Shown here one piece after another: positions 40,901 to 54,400 of a stretch of DNA of 64,000 nt. Origin of the DNA: Leucoraja erinacea (lineage: Eukaryota); assembly GCF_028641065.1 (NCBI RefSeq), contig NC_073382.1, positions 51,770,001 to 51,834,000 on the forward strand, given 5' to 3'. The position numbers and the translations under genes were made by a program. A model generated the notes under the pieces. The model saw nothing but the letters and a program-made list of their open reading frames with translations, was not told the origin of the DNA and did not search any database. Every line of letters starts with the position of its first letter. Within the stretch, counting starts at the first letter, position 1.

Positions 40901-43900
40901 TCTCCCCTGATTGTTCATTTTGGCCGGGCAGCCAGCCTTATGAAGAGTCTTGGTGATTCCAAAGTTCTTCCATTTAAGAATGACGGAGGCCACTGTGCTC
41001 TTCGGGACCTGCAATGCTGCAGAAATTGTTTTATACACTTTCCCAGATCTGTGTCTCGACACAATCCTGTCTCGAAGGTCTACGGACAATTCCTTCGACT
41101 TCATGGCTTGTTTTTTGCTCTGACATGCCCTGTCAACTGTGGGACCTTATATAGACAGGTGTGTGCCTTTCCAAATCATGTCCAATCAATTTAATTTACC
41201 ACTGGTGGACTCCAATCAAGTTGGAGAAACATCTCAAGGATAATCAATGGAAAGAGGATGAACCCAAGCTCAATTTTGAGTGTCATAGCAAAGGGGTAAA
41301 TATGATATTTATGTAAATATGATGTTTCAATTATTTATTTTTAATTACTTGCAAAATTTCTAAACTCCTGTTTTCGCTTCTTCATTCTGGGGTATTGTGT
41401 GTAGATTGATGATAAAATAAAAAAAAGATTTTAATCAATTTTAAAATAAGGCTGTAACGTAACAAATTGTGGAAAAAGTGAAGGGGTCTGAATACTTTCT
41501 AAATGCACTGTATGGTTTCAAAATGATCACAGTCCATTTTCTCTTCTTTATAGAGCTCTACAAAACTAGCATGAAAACAGAAGCAATGATTAAAGTTCAA
41601 ACGATGAAAGAGTTTTGGTAGGCCATTCACCGGAAAATGAGTATCATATACTTAAGGTTTTGCCTGTTGTGCTGCTACAAGAATTTAATTGATCTGTTTC
41701 AGGAGACATGACAATAAAACACTCTTGACTGTTGATTGGTTGAGGTTAATGGACCATCTTCACGGTGCCAGTCATTCAGATCCGCGAATTTAATGGAGTA
41801 AAGAATTTATGATTGCTCCGATCTGTAAGTTTCAGTCAATGATCTAGTAAACATTGTCTGGAGGCATGCAAATATTTACAGTGAGGCACCAAAGATAGAA
41901 AAAAGGTGCACAAATCTAACCAATTACAGCATTGCAAACACAGTGAGCATCAAGAGAATGGTAGCAAGGAAAACAGAAATGAAAAAAAAAACAAAACAGG
42001 AATTACAATCAGAAAATTAACTTACTTGAAAATGAATCAATCATAATTAACCCATCATAATATTGATGTAAGAATTTCACTTGGAGGTAAAAAGAAATGA
42101 TTGAGTGCATTGCTTTACATTTCGTGTCAGTTTACATTATATGGGGCACGAGCCTGCAAACATCAGGGAACAATGGAGAATAAAGGAGCATGGAAAAAGG
42201 TGATGACCTTCCCTAAACTGGATGATCTCTTTTTAGAATTTCATTAAGATATACCTGAACTGAGGGAAGAAAAATGCACATGATTTAAAAATAAAATTAA
42301 AGAAAGGTTACCTGATATCTCATTCCTGATTGTACTTTCATATACACATTTTCAAAGGCTTTTTGCTGCAGTTTCACGGGAAGGGCGTGCAGCTTTACAG
42401 ACGTATCCTGTACCCGAGTCTCCTGGAATAGACTAGAGAGAAGAAACTGTTCAACATAAGTGACCACATTTTATAAAGAGTTAAAAAAGGAACTGCAGAT
42501 GCTGGAAAATTGAAGGTAGACATTAATTTTATAAAGTCACATAGTTCCCTTTGTTAAAAGTCCCAGACTGAAAGAAATACAGTAACTGGAATAGAGATTA
42601 CACTCTCACATAATTGTCTGTGTAAATTTTGTGATGGCTCAACTGCTCAAGCTGTATTGGATGCATTGATAAACCTTTGGGGAAAAAAACTGCATATGTT
42701 GGAAATAAAGGTTCTTGCAGCATCTGTGGAAATGGAAACAGAGGAAACATTAAACTCTGGCCTAACACCCTTTTGTCAAAACTGAGAAATGAAGAAAAAA
42801 GGCACAAAGTGCTGGAGTAACTCAGCCGGTCAGGTAGCATCCCTGGAGAACACGGATAGGTGATGTATCAATTTGGGACCCTTCGTAAATCAACATCTGC
42901 AGTTCCTTGTTTCTACAAGAATGAAAAAAAAACCTTTTAGCAGCAGAGAAGATGAGTGGGATAGATGGAACAAAATGAATAATTCTTATAATGCGAGTGC
43001 AAATGAGATTATACTTATTTTTGTACGTAGTGCTCTGCTGATGCATGTGCAGCAGATGAGACCATACTAAAAGAAAGATTCTCTGGGAGTTAGTTGCACA
43101 AATGTACTACTAACACATTATATGCGCAGGTGAGAGATTGATGATGGGCAAAGGGGGAAGGGAAAAGGGGGGGGGGGGGGGAGGTGAGCCATGGGAGAAG
43201 AAACCCAGGTATAAAGGCTTGGGTTATGGGCAGATAATGGGGAAGGGAATGTGAAGGGTAGAGGCTGGTAGATGATAGGCAGAGCAAGGAAAGGGAGGGA
43301 TGGTAGGGAGGGTAGCAAGTTGAGGTAGTAAGGGGGGGGGGGGGGAGATTGTTGGAAAAGGTGAATAAGGATGCTGGATGGATTGATGAACGTGGTAAAG
43401 TGTGTTTCCAACTACCATCTACAAGCATGCCCTCCTCCCCCTCCCAACCTGCTTCCCTCTGTCCATCATTCCCCACCCTATCCCCTTCATCCCCCTCAAC
43501 ACACCACATTCCACCTATCACCTTCAGAAGGGAGAAAGAGAGAAAGAAGGAAGAGAGGAAATGAGAGAAATCCGGGTGTCTCCCTACTATCCGGGGGTCT
43601 CCCTACGTATTCCCCTGCTGCAGGTTCGTGGAAGCCATTTCGAGGAGTCATTTGCACAAACCTGAAATCACCAGTGCCACCGGGTGGTCAAGACTGGGCC
43701 ATCCTTCTTCAGGCTTCCCGAAGAAGCCATAAACAACCAGTGCCTCTACTGAGGCCAAGGCTGAGTGGTTGGAGAAAGCCTGAAATGTCTCTTGCTGTCC
43801 ACGGACACTGAGGAACGTGTCCACACACAGAGGCAGACTGAGTAGCCAGGATAAGCTAGAGTCCACCAGAGCCTCCTCTCATGGCACGGGTGAACTGCAG

Positions 43901-45360
43901 GGGGAAGCCTGAGACGCAATGCCTCCTTCGAGACCAGGTGTGCGCTGCCCAGACAAGCCCAAGATCACCACCGGTGCACTCCTGGTCTCGGAGAGAAGTT
44001 TATGGAGGAGTTACAAGCTTGCAGTCTTCATAGTTGACAATAGACAAGGTTGATTCAAATGGAATTTTGTAAGCCTTGTTTTCTCCAAGATAATAATAAT
44101 AATAATAATAATAAATTAATAATAAATATTTATGGGCGCCTTTCAAAAGTCTCAAGGACACCTTACAGAATTTAACAAGAGTAGAAAACATATAATCGGA
44201 GTAAAATAAATAATAAAGACATCACCAATACACAAATTAAAGACAGAATTCGATCCAAAGACAAAAAAAAAAATCAAAAACACAATGTGAAGAGAGAGCA
44301 GCGGCAGCTAAACCGCGCCAGCGTACACTCTCCCTTCCGACAGCCATCTTGGACACAAACTAAAATAATCACTTACACACAAAAATCATCCCCCCACAAT
44401 GGTTACCACTGTGGGGGAAGGCACAATGTCCAGTCCCCATCCCCAGTTCTCCCAAAGTCAGGCCTATTGAGGCCTCCGCTATTGCCTCTACGGAGGCCCG
44501 ATGTTCCTGGCCGTTCTCGCCGGGTGCTGTTGCCCCGGCGTCGGGAGAGTCCTCTCAGCGGCTGGGCCACCTGGAACGGCCGCTTCCTTACCGGAGACCG
44601 CGGCTTCCGAAGCCGACAAGGCCGCGCCGGTTTGGAGCTCCCAGGCTCCCGATGTTGAAGTCGGCGCCGCCCGCTCCAGATAGGGACGTACATCGTCATC
44701 TTAATTTCTCAGAAATCTTTTTGGCCCTGGAATTGCTCATGAGTGCAACTGATATAATATTTTACAGCTCAGGGTTACTGCATTTGAAAACTGAAAAATT
44801 ACCTGCTTATAGACATAGCAGTAAGCATGCGAACTTGGTGATGACTGTCTGTTAGGAACTCTGTGTAGGCTTCAGAGACAGGCAATTCTTCATCTCGGCT
44901 GGAAAGCACAGTCCACTTGGAGTGAGGATCTTTCTGAAGCCATAAAAAACATTAGTCACACTAACAAAAGTGAAACATTTAACATGAACACAATTTATAC
45001 TGTAATATTCCATTTGCGTCTTGAAGATACCAAGAGACTATTAATGTAGGTTTTATTCACAATCAGGTCTCGAGTATTTTATTGTTATTTGTCCCGAACC
45101 AGAGGAATTAAATTCTTGTATATTATCCCGTGTGCTATCTGATATCAGGATCTCAAGAAAAAGGCTACAGGGTGACTACAGTTTAAACATTGTGTAATAA
45201 AATCTGCCATTTATGAAAATCCAATCATTTCTCAGCAAGTACGGAAAACAATTAAATATAGTCAGAGGGCAGTGTTCAACCAAATGCTTCAGGTTGGAGA
45301 CTATCTGTTAAAATAAAACTGATCACAACTCATTTTTGTAATTCAATTGTTAACTCTTTC

Positions 45361-45419
<59 letters not shown>

Positions 45420-48400
45420 TGGTGAAAACATCTGATAATATGATGGAATTGGTTAAACATTTAAAGATAATGTTACATTGCAATTAGGTCATGTTCACAA
45501 GCAGAAAATGCCATTAATTGTTGTTACATAAAACATGGTCGCATGTGTTGAGAATTGGATTTTCGGTTCTGTAAAGTGTTCCAAAAAGTATTTTTCTATA
45601 GTTCCTGGAGTTTGTAGAATGAGCTATTTCTGTGATACAAACAATTTTAAGGGGTAAGGTGAGGTTGGCAGGGTGGATGCTAAGAGACGATTTAATCATT
45701 AGTTGCATGTTCTAATTATCAGGAGTATAAGGGGACCTATTGTACATGGTCAAAACAGTTAACTGTTCAAACCAATGATAAATTTTAATCAAAGAAAGAT
45801 ACAAAATGCTGGACTAACTCAGTGGGACAAGCAGCATCTCTGGAGAACAGGGATAAATGACGTTTCGGGTCAGGACCCTTCTTCAGACAGATAATCTTTT
45901 AGATGAATAAATTTAGATTAATAAAATAGACGGATACATTTTGAACATTTTAATCATTTGTTATGTGAATATAAACAATTTGTTATGTGAATATATATAC
46001 ATTTGTTATGTGAATATATACCTCAAGTAGGGCTTTCATGCATCTCACCAGAGCAGTTCTCACTTGCACGTTACATTTTCCTTCCTTGCTTAGATGCCTA
46101 TTATAAATGAGAACCAGAAGTTATAGAACCTCTCCAGCATGCCTCAACAACCAATAATATCGCAATTGCTTCCCTACATGGTCTACTTTCACATCCAAAC
46201 CACATATTTTTTAACCACCCCCCGCCTCCCATGAATACCTTGAATGTGACCAATGATTGTCATTCATGGGACAATGAGTTGAGAAATTCAACAGATTCAC
46301 ACGATTCTGAGTTGTTTTATTCCTGATATTAATGTTAAATTGATAACCCTTTGCTTATCATGAACGTGCCCTCTAGTTCTAGAACTACCAGTTAAAAGAA
46401 ATAGCACTTCCCCACAATGATACAAACTCTCATTCTTCTGTTCCGTGAGGATGGGCCAATCTTGACTGAGTAGCACACACACACAACATTGGTACAGTAA
46501 TAGATAAATTAATGTACTAAACTAGAATTCAGAGTTCTGGACTAACAGTTCAGACACACAAGCAGTCCGAAGAAGATTCCCGAGCTGAAATATCGCCTAT
46601 CCATGCTCTTCAGAGAAGCTGCCTCACCTGCTGAATAATTCAGCACTGTGGGTCTTTATTTGTAAACCAGCATCTGCAGTTCCTTGTGTCTAGCCAAGTT
46701 TGAAGCAGGCACATTTGCAATGTTTAAGAAATATTTAGACAGGTACATGGATAGGATAGGTTTAGAGGGATATGGACCAAATGCAGGTAGGAGTAGTGTG
46801 GAAGAATTATGTTTGGCAAATCAGGAGTTAAAACTTGGTACTCGCTTGTGACTTCTCCACAGTGCTTACTTGTAAATTCCTGAGCATACTTATCTGCAGC
46901 TGCAGATAATTGTCCCCTGTATATTAAAACAACTAATGAACTAAAGGCAATAGCAGGGTAAAGGTTATCTCGCAACACACCACTGAATGGTCGGAAACCG
47001 GAGATAGCACGTATGTTGTTCCACAAATGATTTTTATGGATAATCACAAGAAGACTGTCAAAAGGCCTTTTGGCCGATCGTTCAATTTAAAAAAGATATC
47101 GTACTGGAACGGGAATTAGAGGCAGGAGATGGAGATCCCACGTGTGATTCTAATTATACAGTGCCCTCCATAATGTTTGGGACAAAAACCATAATTTATT
47201 TATTTGCCACAGTATGCCACAATATGAGATTTGTAATAGAAAAAAAAAAATCACACGTGGTTAAAGTGCACAATATCAGATTTTATTAAAGGCCATTATG
47301 GAGGGCACTGTATGTTGGGCTGTTTTGATAAATGGTTTGAGGCGGTCAAAAGACATCAGGCTCCCAAAATAAAGGGTAAGAAGTGAGGGCATGTATACTC
47401 TAATTTATAATCTGATGCATGCAATTTATAATCTAATGCAAAGGATCAGCAACAGCAAGCTATGTTGCATTGTTTGCAGCTACAGGATAATCCCCTGATT
47501 GCAATGTTTGTCGTTTTAGGCAGTTGACAGAAACCCCTGCTGATTTTTTGCAACATCTCATCCGTATTAGTAAATTCTTACAGAAAGCTAATTGCACTGC
47601 CCTGTTCACCGAGATTCCTCAACAGCAGTATGAAGAAGGCATGCAGCAGTTCTTGCAGCCTCGTGTTTATCTGCCCAGAGGGAATAGCAGCGGAAATATC
47701 TCTCTCTATTGTCCCGTTTAGCCCCCGGCAGGGGTATGTGAGTAACGCCAGGTACATGGTTCAGGCAGTGTTTCTTTAAGTAAATTCCTTGACAGGTGGG
47801 ACTAATGTAGATGGGACATGTTGGTTGGTGTTGGCAACTTGGCCTGATGGCCCTTTGTCTATGGTGCATTACTCTAATTGCTTGCCATTTACTTGCTTTA
47901 CATGTGTCAATTGGTCAACTACATACCAAGGGAAAAAAAGTTCACATTTTGGCTTCAACAGAACGAATAACTTGCAAAGGTCTGATGAAGAGAGTGGAAG
48001 AGTAATTATACCTACCAGAATGCTCCAATTGCTTTTAGCAAAATTCCTTGAATGTCAGCCATTTCATCAGCATCAAGGCCATGTACCGACAGTAATGGAA
48101 GAATGTGTGTCAGGATCACTGAACAAACGTCTTGATCACAACGATACACAGAACACAAGTCCCTGGACAGTACAGAAGCCACAATTACAAAATGCTATAT
48201 TTTGTTCAAAATTCTTCTATTCATTCATTCTTTTAAAAAGTAAAAAAATAGTCCAATTAAAATTAACGTTCTAGGAATATTAGATGTAAAAAAAAAAAAT
48301 TGGGAGAGTTATACACTGAGAAAAATGTCTACTACGAGGCAATTCCACAGTTATCTACTTAGGAGACATTTGCAACATTCCATTTTTCCCCTTCATTTTG

Positions 48401-51400
48401 CTGAGGTACAACACTGGGTAATGCAATGATGAATTCCAGTCACCTTTTTTGAGCATCAGCTAATGTTTTGCACAAAATGGTAGTTTAAAATTTTGGAAGC
48501 TCAAATTCCCGAGTTGAAGGTTTATGAGGACAAAATTACTACTTACAAGAGTGGTTTCAGAAGTACGACAAAATCACTTGAAGGTAGAATGCCTTCTTCT
48601 GATGGGAGCTCTTTTAAGAGGATTAAGTACTGTAAGATCAGACATAAACAAGATAAGTCAGCAAAATCGCATGCATTTATTACTGTGCAACAGATTCAGT
48701 TATAGACACTGACTACTGATAGGAACAGAAAATTTACCACATGATGTACTTCCAAACAAGAAGCATTACCAGAAAGGGATATTGTCAATGCTGCAGTGAA
48801 CTGGAAAATTATAACTTGATTTTTTACATATCCCAACATCCAATTTACAACCATCCATACAGAATGGAAACAGGTCCTTTGGCCCAACTTGCCCATGGTG
48901 ACCAAGACGGCCCATCTGCACTAGTCCCACATGCATGGGTTTGGCCCATATCTCTCCAAAACACATTAACAAAACCTGCAACCTCGTGTCGTAACCCCAT
49001 TCCACATACCTTGGTCTTCAAAATTGGAGGTGGATGACAGATAAATATCAGCTCATAGTTATATAGCACGAAAAAAGGCCCTTTGGCACAACCCGTTCAT
49101 TCCAACCAAGATGCTCCTTCTAAGCTTATCCCATCTGTTGTGTTTGGCCAATATCGCTCGAAACCTTTCCTATCTATGTACTTGACCAAATGTCTTCCAA
49201 AATTTTGTGTGTTAATGCTCTGGAGTTGTTGGAAGAAGATCATGCCCTCAATATATGGATACATCAAATGTTCATGTGCTTATTAGAGTAGGAAAGGGAG
49301 AACCAGCAGGTTGAAGCCAAATTCAAACTGACTCTCTTCATTATCAGTACAAATGGTCTGACCTTTAAAACATATGCATAACTGAGAAATTCCAATGATA
49401 ATAAAATGTTATTTGCAAGAGCATCCCGATTCCTTCTATAGTTAGGATTAGAAACATCATTCATTTCTTGACAAGTTACAAATTATACCACTGCTGCCAA
49501 TATTTATTTGCCCCATTGTAAATTAAAAAAAACATGGCTAGTCTTTTTTGTATTCAGGCCAAATTAGATTACTCCCCATACTTTACATCTACTTAGCATT
49601 ATTTATACATGCACACTTCCCCATGTGAACAGTATCTTGAGAAATAAACATATGTAATTTTCATTCCACCAAGGTCAGTGAAGCAATAATCTAGTGCCTG
49701 TTCACTCTCCTGACTGCAACTAAGCTTAATCAAAGATGATAGAATTATTAGTTTACTACTATACTTGCAAGATAAGCTCTCACTGTCTTCATTGCGATAA
49801 AGCAAATAGAATACAGAATCATTCTTAGCAGCTAATATGCAATGTGTAATATGCATAATACATTTAGCTCCAAGGCTCAAGCAATAATTCCTTAAAAAAC
49901 ATAACAACATTTACTAGCAGAAAAGAATTTCACCAAATAAAGAGAGCTCAATGTATTTCATCACAGATAATGGCATTCATCGACAAAAGATTAAAAGGGA
50001 TGTTTGACTATATTGCAGAAGCCTGAGGAATGTTACTTGTAGGGCACTGCACAATGTTTGTTTTAGTTTAGTTTTCATTTAGTTTAGAGATACAGGCATT
50101 TCGGCCCACTGAGTCCACGCCACCCAACATTCACCCTTACACCAGTTCTATCCTACACACTAGGGATAATTTCCAGAAGCCAAATAACCTATTATTTGTC
50201 TTTGGAATGTGGGAGGTAACCAGAGCAGCCGGCCAAAACCACATGGTCACGAGGAGAACGTACAAACTCCGTACAGGCACCACCAGTAGTCAGGATCGAA
50301 CCCAAGGCTCTGGCACTGTGCCGCCCTGGATGGGCCTTTCGAGTACGAGTACTCAACGTTAACACTGTACATCACTGAAGGCAAGTCAAACTTTGCATCA
50401 AATGTTAGGAAACAAACTCCCTGCAGTAGAAGCCAAGCAATGGCAGACCTTGAAATCAAATGCAATTATTACCCCCACTTTCCCTTCATATCACAGGGTG
50501 AGCTAGCGATGTTTTATTTAACATGGCAATGTCTGTTGCATCAGACGACATCCCAGATTATGGTGATGATTATGATACCATGCTAGTTTATTTTGTTATA
50601 TGTCAGATAGGATTAATTAAAAAAATATTTATCCATTAATAGAAAATTATTGGGAGTGCGTAGGATGAAGCCCAAATTCCCAATACGCCAACATTTTCAT
50701 TTTCCACAGGGAGCAATAATTTGTAAAATTCATTTGATTTTTATGGATGATGGAGATAGTGTAGCATTTAGGTTAATAACTCTAAAGAGAGTGAGCAAAA
50801 TAAATGTTTGTGCATTTCTCCATAGTAGACAATAGACAAAAGGTGCAGGAGTAGCCTATTCAGCCCTTCGAGCCAGCACTGCCATTCACTGTGATCATGG
50901 CTGATCATCCACAATCAGTACCCCGTTCATGCCTTCTCCCCATATCCCTTGGCTCTGCGATCTTTAAGAGCCCTATCTAACTCTCTCTTGAAAGCATCCA
51001 GAATATCGACCTCCTTGAGGCAGAGAATTCCACAGATTCAGGGTGGAAACGTTTTTCCTCATCTCCGTTCTAAATGGCCTACCCCTTATTCTTAAACTGT
51101 GGCCCCTGGTTCTGCACCCCCCCCCCCCCCCCCCCCCCCCCCCCGCAACATCGGGAAAATGTTTCCTGCCTCTAGCGTGTCCAATCCCTTAATAATCTTA
51201 CACAGTGCCCTCCATAATGTTTGGGACAAAGACCCATCATTTATTTATTTGACTCTACAATTTGAGATTTGTTATAGAATAAATCACATATTGCACATTG
51301 TCAGATTTTAATAAAGATAATTTTTATACATTTTGGTTTCACCATGTAGAAACTGCATCAGTGTTTATACAGTCCCCCATTTCAGGGCACCCTAATGTTT

Positions 51401-54400
51401 GGGATACAGCAATGACGTGTAAATGAAAGTAGTCATGTTTAGTATTTTGTGGCATATCCTTTGCATGCAATAACTGCTTGAAGTCTGTGATTCATGGACA
51501 TCACCAGTTGCTGGGTGCCTTTTCTGGTGATGCTCTGCCAGGTCTGTAATGCAGCCATCTTTAGCTTATGCTTGTTTTGGGGGCTGGTCCCCTTCAGTTT
51601 TCCCTTCAGCATATAAAAGGCATGCTCAATTGGGTTCAGATCGGGTGATTGATGTGGCCACTCAAGAATTGACCATTTTTTAAGCTTTGAAAACCTCTTT
51701 AGCAGGTTGCTTTAGCAGTATGTTTGGCATCATTGTCTTGCTGTAGAAATAACCGCGGGCCAATGTGTTTTGAGGCATTTGTTTGAACTTGTGCAGATAG
51801 GATGCGTTTAAACACTTCAGAATTCATTATGCTACCATCAGTAGTTGTATCATTAATGAAGATAAGTGTGCCAGTACCTTCAGCAGCCATACATGCCCAG
51901 GCCATAACACCCCCACCACCATGTTTCAAACATGGGGTGGTATGGTTTGGATCTTGGGCAGTTCCTTCTCTCCTCCATACTTTGCTCTTGCCATCACTCT
52001 GGTAGAAGTTAATCTTCGTCTCATCTGTCCACAGGACCTTTTTTTTCCAGAACTATGGCTGCTCTTTAAAGTATTTCTTGACAAACTGTAACCTGACCAT
52101 CCTATTTTTGCAGCTATCAAGTCGCTTGCATCTTGCAGTGTAACCTCTGTATTTCTGTTCATGAAGTCTTCTGTGGACAGTGGTCATTGACAAATCCACC
52201 CTGACTCCTGAAGAGTGTTTCTGATCTGTCGGACAGGTGTTTGGGGATTTTTCTTTATTATGGAGAGAATTCCTCTGTCATCAGCAGTGGAGGTCTTCCT
52301 TGGCCTGCCCGTCCCTTTGCAATTAGTAAGCTCACCAGTGCTCACTTCTTAATGACTTTGCAAACAGTTGATTTTAGTAAGCCTAAGGTCTGGCTGATCT
52401 CTAACAGTTTTATTCTTGTTTCTCAGTCTAATAATGGCTTCTTTTACTTTCATTGGCACAACTTTGGTCCTCATGTTGATAAACAGCAATAAAAGTTTCC
52501 AAAGGTGATCAAAAGACTGGAGGAAAGACAGTGCTGAGAGCTCTCTTATACCTGCATTAAGGAGGCATTTAAACACACCTGAGCAATTACAAACACCCGA
52601 GAAGCCTTGTGTCCCAAATATTATGGTGCCCTGAAATGGGGGGGACTATGTATAAACACAGCTGTAATTTATACATGGTGAAACCAAAATGTATAAAAAT
52701 GTCCTTTAATAAAATCTGACTATGTGCACTTTAACCATATGTGCTTTTTTTCTATTACAATTCTCAAATTATGGAATACAGAGGCAAATAAATAAATTAT
52801 GGGTCTTTGTCCCAAACTTCATGGAGGGCACTGTATGTTTCGATAAGATTCCCTCTCATCATAAATTCCAGTGTATACAAGCCCAGCCATTCTTTCAACA
52901 TAAGACAGTCCAGCCATCCCTGGAATTAACCTCGTGAACCTACGCTGCGCTCCCTCAATAGCAAGAATGTCCTCCCTCAAATTTGGAGACCAAAGCTGCA
53001 CACAATACTCCAGGTAAGGTCTCATTAGGGCCGTGTGCAAGTGCAGAAGGACCTCTTTGCTCCTATAATCAACTCCTCTTGTTATGAAGGCCAACATGCC
53101 ATTAGCTTTCTTCACTGCCTGCTGTACCTGCATGCTTACTTTCAGTGACGGATGCACAATAACACCCAGATCTCGTTGTACTTCCCCTTTTCCTAACTTG
53201 ACACCATTCAGATAATAATCTGCCTTCCTGTTCTTGCCTCCAAAGTGAATAACCTCACATTTATCCACATTAAACTGCATCTGCCCACTCACCCAACCTG
53301 TCCATGTCACCCTGCATTCTCATAGCATCCTCCTCACAGTTCACACTGCCACACAGCTTTGTGTCATCTGCAAATTTGCTAATGCTACATTTAATCACTT
53401 CATCTAAATCATTAATGTATATTGTAAATAGCTGCGGTCCCAGCACTGAGCCATGCTGTACTAGTCACTAGTCACTGCCTGCCATTCTGACAGGGACTCG
53501 TTTATTCCTACTCTTTTTTTCCTGTTGGCCAACCAATTTTCTATCCATGTCAGTACCCTACCCCCAATACCATGTACTCTAATTTTACCAACTAATCTCC
53601 TATGTGGGACCTTATCAAAGGCTTTCTGAGGGTACAGGTACACTACATCCACTGGCTATCCCTTGTCCATTTTCCTAGTTACATCCTCAAAAAATTCCAG
53701 AAGATTAGTCAAGCATGATTTCCCCTTCTTAAATCCATGGTGACTTGGACCGATCCTGTTACTGCTATCCAAATGTGCCGCTATATCATCTTTTATAATT
53801 GACTCAAGTATCTTCCCCACCACCGATATCAGGCTAACAGGTCTATAATTCCGTTTTCTCTTTCCCTCCTTTCTTAAAAAGTGGGATAACATTAGCTACC
53901 GTCCAATCCACAGGAACTGATCCTGAATCTAAAGAACATTGGAAAATGATCACCAATGCATCCACGATTTCTAGAGCCACCTCCTTAAGTACCCTGGGAT
54001 GCAGACCATCAGGCCCTGGGGATTTATCAACCTTCAGTCCCATCAGTCTACCCAACACCATTTCCTGCCTAATGTGAATTTCCTTCAGTTCCTCTGCCAC
54101 CCTAGATCCTCTCGCCACTAGTACATCTGGGAGATTGATTGTGTCTTCCTTAGTGAAGACAGATCCAAGGTACCTGTTCAACTCGTCTGTCATTTCCTTG
54201 TTCCCCATAATAAGTTCACCGGTTTCTGTCTTCAATGGACTCATATTTGTCTTAACTAATTTTTTCCTATTCACATACCTAAAGAAGCTTTTACTATCCT
54301 CCTTTATATTCTTGACTAGCTTACCTTCGAACCTCATCCTTTCTCCCCGTATTGACTTTTTAGTTATCTTCTGTTGCTCTTTAAAAGTTTCCCAATCCTC

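Noticed and set aside
47789-48274. 161-aa plus-strand ORF
   Set aside because: Antisense to ATM exon 20 and starts in a LINE-tail remnant; no homology recognised.
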